Below are positions 9,401 through 19,700 of a DNA stretch of 32,000 nucleotides, one piece after another; the first letter of the stretch is position 1, and each line of letters begins with the position of its first letter. Both the position numbers and the translations under genes were made by a program. A model generated the notes under the pieces. The model was not told the origin of the DNA. It did no database searches and saw only the letters and a program-made list of their open reading frames with translations. Location: positions 3,480,001 to 3,512,000 of the forward strand of contig NC_010296.1 of the NCBI RefSeq assembly GCF_000010625.1. Reading direction: 5' to 3'. This DNA comes from Microcystis aeruginosa NIES-843. Lineage in GTDB: Bacteria > Cyanobacteriota > Cyanobacteriia > Cyanobacteriales > Microcystaceae.

Positions 9401-10311
9401 ATCTGGTTTTCTAAATCAGGATGATTTCGTGCTGAAATAGGGATACCAACTACTAAATCCCGTTGGCCGGTGTGGCGGTAGAGTAATATTTTAAAGAAAG
9501 TCAGTAGGGTAATAAATAGAGTCGTCTGATTTCGAGTTGCAAAGGTTTGTAATTGTTGGCTAAGACTCTCACTAAATTGATAAGTGTAGGAAGCCGCTTG
9601 AGAAGATTTTACTTGAGGTCGAGGGAAGTCTATCGGTAAGTTTAAGATAGGGGGATGTTCGGAAAAAACCTCACACCAATACTCATGTTGTTCTCTAACT
9701 TCTTCACTTTCTAACCACTGATTTTGCCATGCCGCATAATCTTTATACTGTAGAGTAAGAGGGGGTAATTCAGCTTTTTTTTGTTGAGTATAAGCAGAGT
9801 ATAATATAAAGAAATCTTGAAAGATAATATCAAGTGATTGTGCATCCCCAATAATATGATGGACAGTCAAACCAAAGATAAATTCTTCTGACTTAATCTG
9901 CACCAATAAGACCCGAATAAGGGGCAACTTTTCTAAACTAAAAGGTAAATTTGCCGACTCTTGAATTAAATCATCTGCCAAGAGTTCAGCATCTTTTTCT
10001 TCTCTTAAATCTTTAAAAATGATTAACTGTTCTGTGGGGATTTGCTCATGAATAACTTGCTTAATATTGCCCCCAACACTGGTAAAAGTGGTTCTGAGAA
10101 TTTCATGACGGTTCACCAGTTCTTGAAAGGCTGCTGTTAATATAGAAACATCTAACTTGCCATTAATTCTCATGGCAAGCCTAATATTATAAGCACTAGA
10201 AGATTCGCTGATATGCTGCAAAATCCAAAGCCTTCTTTGACCGTGAGAGACTTCGTAATATTTTTGTTTTTCCAGTGGGTTAATTGAGTCAGATTGTGGT
10301 AAGTTGATCAT
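6436..10311 (-). CDS. mcyC: Microcystin synthetase McyC: NRPS module C-A-PCP-TE
   Basis: 1291-aa ORF, the length I recall for McyC. The C domain has HHIIGD at nt 9844-9861. The A domain has LAYVIYTSGSTGKPKG, YKTGD and NGKID. The PCP has GGHS with its Ser codon at 7267-7269. The TE has GHSAGG with its Ser codon at 6904-6906. The hand-extracted Stachelhaus code is DVWTIGAVDK, the Arg-type McyC code as I remember it. Its ATG overlaps the mcyB stop (ATGA, 10308-10311). Confidence 0.95.
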   Translation of the reverse strand: MINLPQSDSINPLEKQKYYEVSHGQRRLWILQHISESSSAYNIRLAMRINGKLDVSILTAAFQELVNRHEILRTTFTSVGGNIKQVIHEQIPTEQLIIFKDLREEKDAELLADDLIQESANLPFSLEKLPLIRVLLVQIKSEEFIFGLTVHHIIGDAQSLDIIFQDFFILYSAYTQQKKAELPPLTLQYKDYAAWQNQWLESEEVREQHEYWCEVFSEHPPILNLPIDFPRPQVKSSQAASYTYQFSESLSQQLQTFATRNQTTLFITLLTFFKILLYRHTGQRDLVVGIPISARNHPDLENQIGFYVNTLALRSLLPEGVTFKQVLGEVTNTCLDAYEYRDYPFDKLVSALNLERDLSRNPLFDVMFSLLGKESKTVLKIPGLEHQPYPLKPRMAQFDMTWSFFEDSHNLTLVIEYEPDLFLPETIARMNGHFLQIIKSVIQNPDCKLSEINLLTPEEQHQLLIEWNQTEVAYSQQCLHQLFEEKVRDNPEAIALIFDGEKLTYRELNNRANQVGHYLKEKGVTSEVLVGIFIERSFEMIIGILGIIKAGGAYVPLAPNYPPERLDYMISDSAISLLLTQQSLVQFLPENQAEILCLDTDWLKIANYSQENLTSPVKPENLAYVIYTSGSTGKPKGVMNIHRGICNTLKYNIDNYNLNSEDRILQITPFSFDVSVWEVFSSLTSGATLVVAKPDGYKDIDYLIDLIVQEQVTYFTCVPSILRVFLQHPKSKDCHCLKRVIAGGEALSYELNQRFFQQLNCELYNAYGPTEAAVDATVWCCQPNSQLIPIGRPIANAQVYILDSYLQPVPIGVAGELHIGGMGLARGYLNQPELTAEKFIPHPFAQGKLYKTGDLARYLPDGNIEYLGRIDNQVKLRGLRIELGEIQTVLETHPNVEQTVVIMREDTLYNQRLVAYVIRKDTLLTSQDLRRFLQQKLPVYMIPSAFVMLSDFPLNPNGKIDVHKLPIPDETSLVESPYLAPRNSTETILVSLWQQLLQAGKIGVNDNFFELGGHSLQAMNLMALIYEKMAIEIPLSMIYEKPTVAELSDYIIYAQEMNIQPKERPYVVFNKEQEKAVFLFPPALGFAAAYANLAEYLTNYAIYTFRYISDELMLKKYAELIEDLAQNQDIKLMGHSAGGFLAMLMAQQLESRGRVVSDVILLDTYRGGREAKKADMSEIQEGVDAFLLNPKRQELRGYFLENQKLRNRTYNQVWEYFNFLWNSDLKNVQIQGTIHLIRAEGNYEAQDDWTQATKGERINHYATGIHREMIDPPYLPKNALIINSILNPKQS
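6457..7098 (-). other. Thioesterase (TE) domain of McyC
   Basis: The C-terminal ~215 aa follow the PCP. GHSAGG has its nucleophile Ser codon at 6904-6906. Boundaries are approximate. Confidence 0.8.
7440..8480 (-). repeat. A-domain segment of mcyC, near-identical to the mcyB module-1 A domain (partner 13835-14870)
   Basis: Direct DNA comparison shows more than 90% identity by eye over about 1 kb at an offset of 6392-6395 nt. This includes an identical run of about 130 nt (7561-7689 = 13956-14084). Confidence 0.85.
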
Positions 10312-13300
10312 CGTTTTTGTCGGGATTGAATTAATACAGCTTGTTCTTTTAAAGTATTATGGGTAAAAATTTCCCGTAATCGGAGAGAAACTCCAAATTG
10401 ATTACGGATTTGTGACACTAAGCGCATCGCCTTCAGACTGTTTCCTCCTAGTTCAAAAAATGACTGATTACTGTTACTAACTTCTGCTTCTAATAACTCA
10501 CCCCAAAGGGAAGCTAATAAAGCTTCTTGTGGATTAAAATCTGGGACTTGGTTAGTTGAGTTAGTAATATTTTCTTCGGGTTTTGGCAAAGCTAGACGAT
10601 GAATTTTTCCATTGGGTAACAAGGGAAAAGCTTCTAACCGCATTAAAAAGCTAGGCTGCATATAAATCGGTAAGAGTTGCTTTAATTTACCTCGAATATA
10701 TTCCTGATGAACTGTATCCTCGGCTTGATAATAAGCAATTACGTTTACTAATTCCTCCTTTTTATTAGCCATAACTAAGGCTTTTTCTACTCCCTCAATC
10801 CCACTGAGGACATCTTCAATCTCTCCTAATTCAATCCGTACCCCATTTAATTTAATTTGATTGTCACTGCGTCCTATTACTTCTAAAGTTAGATCAGGAA
10901 GCAGTCTGCCTAAGTCTCCAGTACGATAAACTATATCCCTCCCCCCATTCAAAGGATTAGGCACAAAAACTGAATGAGTTAAGCTTTCATCTTGATAATA
11001 ACCTTTGGTTAAATAGGGGGATTTAACGAACACTTCTCCTACTTCTCCTATTGCCCTGGCGCGATTTCCATCAACCACTGCATAAGCGGCATCTGGCAAA
11101 GTTTGACCACCCGGAACCCGTTCATAGGGAATATTATTAGGGTTAGGAATTCGATAAAAATGCTTAACAAATGTAGTTTCACTTGCCCCATAAATATTCA
11201 CAAATTCTGTCTGAGAGCCAAAAATTTGATGCCATTCAGCCAGTTCTTTCACAAATAAAGGCTCTCCTCCTAAGACAAAAATTCGCAAACTTTTCAGGAG
11301 ATTATGTGCATTAATTAAACCACGCCCCATCTTTAAAAATAGACGCATTACCGAGGGGACAGTGTGTAGTAAGTTAATTTTCCATTCTCCTATTCGCAGT
11401 AATAAAAGCTCTAAGTCTTCTCGCTCTGTACTCTCTGGAATATACAGAGTTCCCCCTGAGCATAAAGTCACACAGGTTTCCCTCAAATAAGCATCAAAAT
11501 TAATTTGAGCAATTTGTAAACAGCGCCAACTTTCATTAATGCCAAATTCCCGTTTTTCCCAATCAATGAAATGACGTAAGCTGCCGTGACTGCCTAAGAT
11601 TGCTTTAGGTTCACCGGTGGAGCCAGAAGTAAACATAATATAATTAGAATCATCAGCATCTGGCATAGCTAGAACGGGTTTCAGGTTGCTTAATTGGCAA
11701 GGAAACTCTTGATAATCCATGCCATTCCACTGATGATATTGCTGAATTTTATGAGCCTTAACCACTAAGATATGAGGCGGTTTTTCTAATGCGGATAGTT
11801 GGGGTTTAATCCCCTCTAAATTCTCAGCCGCAACTAAGATAATTTCGGGGCTAGTTTTAATCATCATGCGTTGCCGGCGCTCCTCTGGTTCATCTAAACG
11901 TAGAGGTAAATAGATTCCTCCGGCTTTAAATACTGCCAGCATGGCGATTAACTGACGATAATCTCCTTCTAGGAGAACACCACAAACCTTATCTTTTTCC
12001 ACGCCTAATTCTTTTAAGGCATAAGCCCAAAAGTTAGTTAGTTCATGTAATTCTTGATAGCTAAATTTACCCCCTGGATAAATAATCGATGTTTTCTCCG
12101 GTTTGGCTGCAACTTGGTCAATAAAATCGTGGATAATAGTACGGGTTTCTAAGCGAGGAATAGGATTGATAAAATTGGCAATGAAAGCGGTTTCTGCCTC
12201 CGATAACAAAGAAATGTCTTTGACGGGTTGGGCGGGGTTAGATAGCATTTCATTCAAGAGTTTATCGAAGTGAATGAGACATTTTTTCATCCTCTCCTCT
12301 TGGAATAAGTCGGTGTTATAAATTAGCTCTAATCTGAGTTTTTCCTGATCTTCACTAAACACAAAAGATAGATCAAACTTACTGGTCGGGGTCAGGGAAT
12401 CTAGAGATTTTATTTGTATATTTTCCAAGCCTACAGGTTGATCAAAATTTTGCAGAAGGACTAATATATCAAACAAGGGAGTGCGGTTAATTTCTCTAGA
12501 AACAGCTAATTTTTCTACTAAAATATCAAAGGGATAATCGGAATGTTCTAAGGCTTCGGTAACGGTTTGACGAACCTTTGCGAGTAGATTTTTGTAGCCT
12601 TTTTCGGGTTCAATTTGGTCACGAATAACTAAGGTATTGAGAAATAAACCGATTAGAGATTGCAGTTGAGGATGGCTTCTGGTGGCGATTTCTGTACCAA
12701 TAGTAATATCATGTTGACCACTGTAGCGATACAGTAATATTTTGACAGCCGCTACCAATGCCATGAATAGGGTGATTTCGTTTTCCTGACAAATTTTTCT
12801 TAATTTAGAAATCGTTTCTCGGTCAAATGTCCAGCTTAAATGAGAACCCTTAAACGTCTTTATTTGGGGACGTTTAAAGTCTGTCGGTAAGTGAACTCTG
12901 GTCAGTTGTCCATTGTCCAGTTTTTGCCGCCAGTAATCTAGGTTTTTTGAATTATTTTCGCTTCTTAAAAGATTATTTTGCCATCCTGCATAATCTTTAT
13001 ATTGTATCGGCAATGGCTCTATACTAGGCTGTAATCCTTTGGCTAAATCAGAGTAGTATTGTAAGCATTCTTTAGCTAACAAACTCATTGACCAACCATC
13101 ACAGATAATATGATGAATTTCTAACTCTAAAATATATTCATTCGGAGATAGTTTATAAATCTTAGAGCGCACCAGGGGACTTTTCTCTAAGTCAAACGGT
13201 TTTCTCTCTTTTGCAATCGTTTCTAGGATTTCTTCATCAGGTTTATTTGTCCAGTCTTTAAATTCCCAATCAAAAGGACGATTTTGCAGGATTTTCTGTT

Positions 13301-16300
13301 GTGGTTCACCGTTAATTAAAATGAAAGATGTCCGCAGGGATTCATGACGGGAAATCAATAATTGTATGGCTTTTTCAAAGACATCTGGACTAAAATCTCC
13401 TGCTATTTTGAGGGTGGAAACAATATGATAAGCTACATTATTGAGATCCATCTGTTGCAAGACATAGAAACGTCTCTGAGCATGGGATGTTTCGTAGGTT
13501 TCTTGTGCAGATACAAGGGGAATAGTGGCTACCGTCAGAGGGGTAACAGTGCTTAATAATGCTGCTTGTTCAGCAATGGTAGGATGAGCAAATACTTGTT
13601 TAATGGGCAAAGATTGCCCTAACTTTTCCTGAATTTTACTCACTAGAGAAATAGCTTTTAAGCTATGTCCTCCTAACTCAAAGAAGTTGTCACTAACCCC
13701 TATTTTGGATACCTGAAGAACATCTTGCCAAATCTGAGCTAAGAGGCTTTCTTTTTCATTTCTTGGGGCTATATAAGCAGATTCAATAATTGATGTCTCA
13801 TCGGGGATAGGTAATTTTTTCCTGTCTATCTTGCCATTGTTATTTAAGGGAAAATCCGACAACATGACAAAGGCAGAAGGCACCATATAAGCGGGCAGTT
13901 GCTGCTGTAAGAAACGGCGTAGCTCCTGAGGAGTTAATAAAGAATTTTTTCTGATTACATAAGCAACTAACCGTTGATTATATAAGGTATCTTCCCGCAT
14001 AATCACAACAGTTTGTTCAACGTTGGGATGAGTTTCTAAAACCGTCTGAATTTCTCCTAATTCAATGCGTAAACCTCTCAGCTTAACTTGATTATCAATC
14101 CGTCCTAAATATTCAATATTGCCCTCAGGAAGATAGCGAGCTAAATCTCCGGTTTTATATAATTTCCCCTCAGCAAAAGGGTTAGAAATAAATTTTTCTT
14201 GAGTTAATTCCAGACGATTGAGATATCCACGCGCTAAACCCATTCCACCAATATGTAATTCTCCAGCAACACCAATAGGAACCGGTTGGAGATAACTGTC
14301 GAGGATATAAACTTGGGCATTAGCAATGGGAGTTCCAATAGAAATTTGGGAATTTGGCTGACAGCACCAGATAGTAGTCTCAACCGCTACTTCTGTTGGT
14401 CCATAAGCGTTATATAATTCACAGTTTAACTGCTGAAAAAATCGTTGATTGAGTTCATAAGATAAGGCTTCTCCCCCGACAATTACTCGTTTTAAATAGT
14501 GGCAATATTTGCTCTTGGGATGTTGCAGAAAAACTCGCAATATTGAGGGAACACAAGTGAAATAAGTTACTTGTTCTTGCACAATTAAATCTATTAAATA
14601 ATCTATATCTTTATACCCGTCAGGTTTAGCCACGACTAGAGAAGCACCAGATATTAAAGACGAAAAAATTTCCCAGACTGAACCATCAAAACTCAAGGAA
14701 ATAATTTGGAGAATGCGGTCTTCAGAGGTAATATTATAATGACCAATAGTATATTTCAGAGTATTACAAATTCCTCTATGAATATTCATCACGCCTTTGG
14801 GTTTTCCCGTTGAACCTGATGTATAAATAACATAGGCTAAATTCTCAGGAGTCGTTAGATTGAAGGGATTTTCTGGACTATAGGTAGCTATCTTTTCCCA
14901 ATCCCTATCTAAACACAGTAACTCGGCCTCAGTTTGGGGAAGAAAATCTCCTAAAGATTCCTGAGTTAACACCAAAGAAACCCCCGAATCTGAGAGGATA
15001 TCCCCCAAGCGCTCGGTAGGATAATCCGGAGCTAAAGGTACATAAGCTCCCCCGGCTTTTAATATCCCTAATAAACCGATGACCATCTCTAGGGAACGCT
15101 CCATAAAAATCCCGACCAAACTTTCTGGACCTACACCCTTATCTCGTAAACAGTGAGCTAACTGATTGCCCCGGTTATTTAACTGTTGATAGGTTAATTT
15201 TTGGTCTTCAAAAATAACCGCTATTCCCTGCGGATTCTGTGCAACTTGTTCCTCAAATAATTGATGTAAAGACTTATCTAAAGGATAATCTGCCTCGGTA
15301 TTGTTCCACTCTACTAATAACTGATGTTGCTCTTGTGTTGTCAATATAGGTAATTGTGTTACCCGTTGCCGAGTATCAGTAACAATCCCTGTTAAAATAG
15401 TCTGTAAATGTGCTGCCATCCGTTCAATCGTATCCTGAGTAAAACGGCTAGTATCATAGACTAACTGAATCAGTAACTCCTGTTTAGGAATAGCAACCAC
15501 CGTCAAAGGATAATTAGTTTCCTCAAAATTCTCCACATCCTTAACCCTTAAGGATTGACGAGAATCTCTCGATAACGCTTCTCTAGGATAATTCTCAAAA
15601 ACGACCAAACTCTCAAACAGGGGAACCCCCGGTGGAATATCACTTAATCTCTGTATTTCAGCCAGAGAAACATAAGCATAATCCTGAATTTCTGCTTGCT
15701 TTTGCTGTAATTCCTGTAACCAAGATAGCAATAAATCTGATTCTCTGATGGAGACTCGCAGCGGCAATGTATTAATAAATAATCCTACCCTATGTTCTAC
15801 CCCTGATAAATCATGAGGGCGACCAGAAACCGTAACCCCAAATAAAACTTCTGACTCCCCACTATAGCGACTGAGAAGAATCGCCCAAGCGGCCTGTACT
15901 AGAGTAGATAAGGTCAGATTATGCTTTTGCGCCAAAGATTGCAGGTCTTTGGAGTGAGAAGCCGATAAATGACAGTTATACTCTTTATAAGTCGGCTTAC
16001 CTTCAGATTTCATTAACTGGAGTCTGTCCACCCTCAGGGGGGTGGGAGTCATAAACCCTTCAAGAGTTCGCTGCCAAAAACTCTCAGCAATAGATGGGTT
16101 TTGCTGCTGTAACCAAACAATATAATCTTGATAAGGACGCGGTGAAGGAAGATGATAACTTTTCCCTTGAATACCTGCCTCATAAAACCCTAAAACTTCT
16201 TGATAAATAATAGGCATACTCCAACCATCCAGAATAATATGATGATGATTGCAGAGGAATTTATAAGTTTGGTCCGATAGTTGAATCATCAAGCAGCGCA

Positions 16301-16688
16301 TTAAAGGAGCAACTTTTAGTTCAAACCCTTGTTGACGCTCTGTTTCTAACAATAAATCTAAACGTTGTTGTTGTTCTGTGGGGGAAAGATTGCGCCAATC
16401 TTGATAATCCCAAGGCAAATCAACCTTTTTTCGCACAATTTGCAGAGGTTTTTCCCGTTTTTCCCAAAGAAATAGAGTCCTTAATACCGAGTGACGCTCT
16501 ACAACCTTTTCCCACGCTTGCCTAAAAACTGCAAGGTTAATTTCTCCCTCCAGAGTAATTAGAGTTTGACTACAATAAATCCCTGAATCAGGAGTATAAA
16601 GACTATGAAAGAGCATCCCTTCCTGCATGGGGGAAAGAGGATAAATAGACTCCACATTTTTGGCGGGTTGATTTTTTGTGTCTGCCAT
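10308..16688 (-). CDS. mcyB: Microcystin synthetase McyB: NRPS bimodule C-A-PCP-C-A-PCP
   Basis: 2126-aa ORF, the length I recall for McyB. C1 has HHIILDG at nt 16224-16244. A1 spans about nt 13809-15275 and has code DGWTIGAVEK. PCP1 has its Ser codon at 13662-13664. C2 has HHIICDG at nt 13095-13115. A2 spans about nt 10584-12146 and has code DARHVGIFVK, the MeAsp/Asp-type McyB2 code as I remember it. PCP2 has GGNS with its Ser codon at 10437-10439. The ATG at 16688 is preceded by TAAGGAGAATCTTTC, which is the mcyA stop followed by GGAG. Confidence 0.95.
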   Translation of the reverse strand: MADTKNQPAKNVESIYPLSPMQEGMLFHSLYTPDSGIYCSQTLITLEGEINLAVFRQAWEKVVERHSVLRTLFLWEKREKPLQIVRKKVDLPWDYQDWRNLSPTEQQQRLDLLLETERQQGFELKVAPLMRCLMIQLSDQTYKFLCNHHHIILDGWSMPIIYQEVLGFYEAGIQGKSYHLPSPRPYQDYIVWLQQQNPSIAESFWQRTLEGFMTPTPLRVDRLQLMKSEGKPTYKEYNCHLSASHSKDLQSLAQKHNLTLSTLVQAAWAILLSRYSGESEVLFGVTVSGRPHDLSGVEHRVGLFINTLPLRVSIRESDLLLSWLQELQQKQAEIQDYAYVSLAEIQRLSDIPPGVPLFESLVVFENYPREALSRDSRQSLRVKDVENFEETNYPLTVVAIPKQELLIQLVYDTSRFTQDTIERMAAHLQTILTGIVTDTRQRVTQLPILTTQEQHQLLVEWNNTEADYPLDKSLHQLFEEQVAQNPQGIAVIFEDQKLTYQQLNNRGNQLAHCLRDKGVGPESLVGIFMERSLEMVIGLLGILKAGGAYVPLAPDYPTERLGDILSDSGVSLVLTQESLGDFLPQTEAELLCLDRDWEKIATYSPENPFNLTTPENLAYVIYTSGSTGKPKGVMNIHRGICNTLKYTIGHYNITSEDRILQIISLSFDGSVWEIFSSLISGASLVVAKPDGYKDIDYLIDLIVQEQVTYFTCVPSILRVFLQHPKSKYCHYLKRVIVGGEALSYELNQRFFQQLNCELYNAYGPTEVAVETTIWCCQPNSQISIGTPIANAQVYILDSYLQPVPIGVAGELHIGGMGLARGYLNRLELTQEKFISNPFAEGKLYKTGDLARYLPEGNIEYLGRIDNQVKLRGLRIELGEIQTVLETHPNVEQTVVIMREDTLYNQRLVAYVIRKNSLLTPQELRRFLQQQLPAYMVPSAFVMLSDFPLNNNGKIDRKKLPIPDETSIIESAYIAPRNEKESLLAQIWQDVLQVSKIGVSDNFFELGGHSLKAISLVSKIQEKLGQSLPIKQVFAHPTIAEQAALLSTVTPLTVATIPLVSAQETYETSHAQRRFYVLQQMDLNNVAYHIVSTLKIAGDFSPDVFEKAIQLLISRHESLRTSFILINGEPQQKILQNRPFDWEFKDWTNKPDEEILETIAKERKPFDLEKSPLVRSKIYKLSPNEYILELEIHHIICDGWSMSLLAKECLQYYSDLAKGLQPSIEPLPIQYKDYAGWQNNLLRSENNSKNLDYWRQKLDNGQLTRVHLPTDFKRPQIKTFKGSHLSWTFDRETISKLRKICQENEITLFMALVAAVKILLYRYSGQHDITIGTEIATRSHPQLQSLIGLFLNTLVIRDQIEPEKGYKNLLAKVRQTVTEALEHSDYPFDILVEKLAVSREINRTPLFDILVLLQNFDQPVGLENIQIKSLDSLTPTSKFDLSFVFSEDQEKLRLELIYNTDLFQEERMKKCLIHFDKLLNEMLSNPAQPVKDISLLSEAETAFIANFINPIPRLETRTIIHDFIDQVAAKPEKTSIIYPGGKFSYQELHELTNFWAYALKELGVEKDKVCGVLLEGDYRQLIAMLAVFKAGGIYLPLRLDEPEERRQRMMIKTSPEIILVAAENLEGIKPQLSALEKPPHILVVKAHKIQQYHQWNGMDYQEFPCQLSNLKPVLAMPDADDSNYIMFTSGSTGEPKAILGSHGSLRHFIDWEKREFGINESWRCLQIAQINFDAYLRETCVTLCSGGTLYIPESTEREDLELLLLRIGEWKINLLHTVPSVMRLFLKMGRGLINAHNLLKSLRIFVLGGEPLFVKELAEWHQIFGSQTEFVNIYGASETTFVKHFYRIPNPNNIPYERVPGGQTLPDAAYAVVDGNRARAIGEVGEVFVKSPYLTKGYYQDESLTHSVFVPNPLNGGRDIVYRTGDLGRLLPDLTLEVIGRSDNQIKLNGVRIELGEIEDVLSGIEGVEKALVMANKKEELVNVIAYYQAEDTVHQEYIRGKLKQLLPIYMQPSFLMRLEAFPLLPNGKIHRLALPKPEENITNSTNQVPDFNPQEALLASLWGELLEAEVSNSNQSFFELGGNSLKAMRLVSQIRNQFGVSLRLREIFTHNTLKEQAVLIQSRQKR
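13835..14870 (-). repeat. A-domain segment of mcyB module 1, near-identical to the mcyC A domain (partner 7440-8480)
   Basis: See the partner feature. At protein level, aa ~617-915 of McyB match aa ~622-921 of McyC. Differences concentrate around pocket residues (FDGSVW vs FDVSVW, TEVAVETT vs TEAAVDAT). Confidence 0.85.
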
Positions 16689-16703
16689 GAAAGATTCTCC
16701 TTA

Positions 16704-19700
16704 TTAGTCAATTTCTGCCAGAATATCGTCTAATTCCTGTTGATTCAAGTGTGCTACTGGAAAATCTGAGGGAGTGTAACCCCCAGCATCAGGAGATAAA
16801 CAATGCTCAATCAATTTCAGCAAAGCTTCTTTATAGCTGCGCCCTAAATATTCTACCGTCGAACGTTCATAGATGAGATCGCTATAAGTCCAGTTTACTT
16901 GTAACTGTCCCTCGATAACTCTGGCCGTAATCTCTAATAAATGACTACGATGTCCCTTAAGACTGTGATTAGGCCCCTTAGACTCATTCGCTAATTTCCA
17001 ATCCCCTTTTTGCAATTGTCCTTGCTCAAATTGACCTAAATAATTAAACAAAACTTCTCTGGCAGGAATTTCAGCTAATTGAGACTTAATATCAGCATCA
17101 TCACTCAAATATCGCGAAATTCCATAGCCAATTCCCCTGTGAGGAATAGCTCGTAACTGTTCTTTAATAGATTTGAGCCGCTCACCGGGGTGATTTTCGG
17201 GGGGGAGTCGCAAAATAACCGGAAAAAGACTGGTAAACCAACCTACCGTCCTCGATAAGTCAACCTCACTGAACAAATCTTCTCGTCCGTGTCCTTCTAA
17301 ATCAAGAGATATGGTCAAATTTTCTGTCCATTCTGTCAAAGTTTCTGCTAAAGCGGTTAACAAAACCTCATTAATTTGAGTGTTATAGGCAGCGGGGACT
17401 TTTTGCAAGAGGGTGCGGGTTTGTTCTTCATCTAGAGTCACCGTGACATCATTTGCCGTCGCTACTGTATTGTATTGTTTTCCAGCCTCGTCATCTACAG
17501 GTAAATTTCTCGCCTCTAACCAAGGTTGAGTTAACCAATAGTCTAATGGCTCTCTCGCTTTCTCCCCTTGTCCATAATCCCTCAAGAGAAGCGCCCAATC
17601 CTGAAAGGCTATGGTTTTAGGTGGAAGTTCTACATTCTCCCCCCTTTCTAGCTGTTGATAAGTCATCAATAAATCTTCTAACAAAATTCGCCAAGATACA
17701 CCATCAACCCCCAAGTGATGAATAATAATCAGTAACCGACTGGGTTGATAGGGCGCCAATTCAAATAGTACCGCCTTGATTAATAGTCCAGTAGAGAGGT
17801 TTAAACTTGCCTGTTGAGTTGTTGCCATTGCTAAGAGAGTTTCCCTTTGCTGAGATTGAGGAATAGAAGACAAATCAATCACTTCAAAAGGTACTTCCTC
17901 CGGCATTCCTTCATTAACTTGTTGCCATTGTCCTTCCTCCACAGTAAACCGTAACCGCAAAGCGTCATGATGTTCAATTAATTTTCTCAGAGATTGAGCT
18001 AACAAATCAGCTTTCAGGTGATGGGGAACTTCTAAGAGGACAGACTGATTAAAGTGGTGCATTTCAGCGCGATTTTGCTCAAAAAACCACAGTTGAATGG
18101 GAGTGAGAGGCACAATACCCCTCACTAAACCCTGTTTAGCTAATTCGGCTGTGGAATAATCGGCAACTGTAGCTAGTTCAGCAAGAGTAGGATATTCAAA
18201 TATCTGTTTAGGGGTAATCTTCAACCCGGCTTGACGAGCGCGAGCGACAACCTGAATACTGAGAATAGAATCGCCCCCAACTTCAAAAAAGCGGTCATAA
18301 CGACTCACTTGTTTAATGCTGAGAACATCTTGCCAAATACTGGCCAAAATCTTTTCTTTCTGAGTATGCGGGGGGACAAAATCCTGCTCAGATGTCCAAG
18401 GTATCTCAGGGAGGGGTAAACTGGAACGGTCAATTTTTCCATTGGGAGTCAGAGGGAGAGCTTCTAAGGAGACAAAAAGAGCCGGAATCATATACTCTGG
18501 CAATTTCTGTCCCAAGAAACGACGCAAATCCTCAGTATTTATCGGACCATTTTCTCCTACTAGATAAGCGACTAATCTCTTATTCCGATAGGAGTCTTCC
18601 CAAACCTTCACCACCTTTTGCTTAACTTGGGGATAAGTCCCTAGAGTTGCCTCAATTTCTCCTAATTCAATGCGGAAACCCCGCAATTTTACCTGATTAT
18701 CACCCCGCCCCAAAAAATCAATATTTCCATCGGGTAAATATCGGGCTAAATCTCCTGTTTTATAGAGTTTGGCATTGGGTTCATTACTAAACGGATTGGA
18801 GATAAATTTCTCGGCGGTTAATTCAGGTTGATTCAGATAACATCGAGCTAACCCTTTACCCCCGATATATAAATCACCAATAGTTCCTAGAGGAACCGGT
18901 TGCTTAAAAGAGTCCAGAATATAAACTTGAGTATTGGCAATAGGCCGGCCGATACTCGGTTGTCCATGGTGTCCTTTAGGCACTAAGCTAAAAGTGGAAT
19001 AAGTGGTATCTTCTGAAGGACCGTAGAGATTATAAACATTCTTAATGTTTTCCTGCTGGTAAAGCTTCTGTACCAATTGATTAGACAAAGCTTCTCCGGC
19101 GAGGTTTACCGTTTGCACAGTCTCAGGTATCGCCTCAATTTCCAGCAGTTGAGCGATCGCTGTAGGTACGGTATTAATTAATGTTACCTCTTTGGCTGCA
19201 CTTAAACTAGGCAAATCTAGAACATTCTGGGCCAGAATAATCTTACCCCCCACAGCCAAGGGCAAAAATAGTTCAAATACTGACAAATCAAAACAAATAG
19301 AAGTAGCTCCCAAAACCCCCGCTAATTCCTCACTGCTAAAGACTTCCTTGGACCAATTCAGTAAGGTTGTGGTGCTGTGATGCTCAATGACAACCCCTTT
19401 TGGTTTCCCCGTTGAACCGGAGGTATAAATCACATAAGCGGTATTACTGGAACTTACGGGTAAAGAGAGGTTTTCGGGACTTTCTAGGGCTATATTTCTG
19501 GCTTCTGCCTCTAATATCACCAGATTCCCTGGATAATTCCCTAATTTCTCTACTAATTTTGCTTGTGTTAGCAACAAGGAAACTTGAGCATCTTCTAAGA
19601 TAACATTGAGGCGTTCAGTTGGATAAGCTGGATCTAAAGGTACATAAGCTCCCCCTGCTTTGAGAATGGCTAATAACCCTATAACCATCTCAGGGGTCCG

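Noticed and set aside
19153-19160. GCGATCGC octamers (19153-19160, 19822-19829, 29937-29944) as regulatory sites
   Set aside because: This is the HIP1 highly iterated palindrome typical of cyanobacterial genomes. It is useful only as a taxonomic signature.
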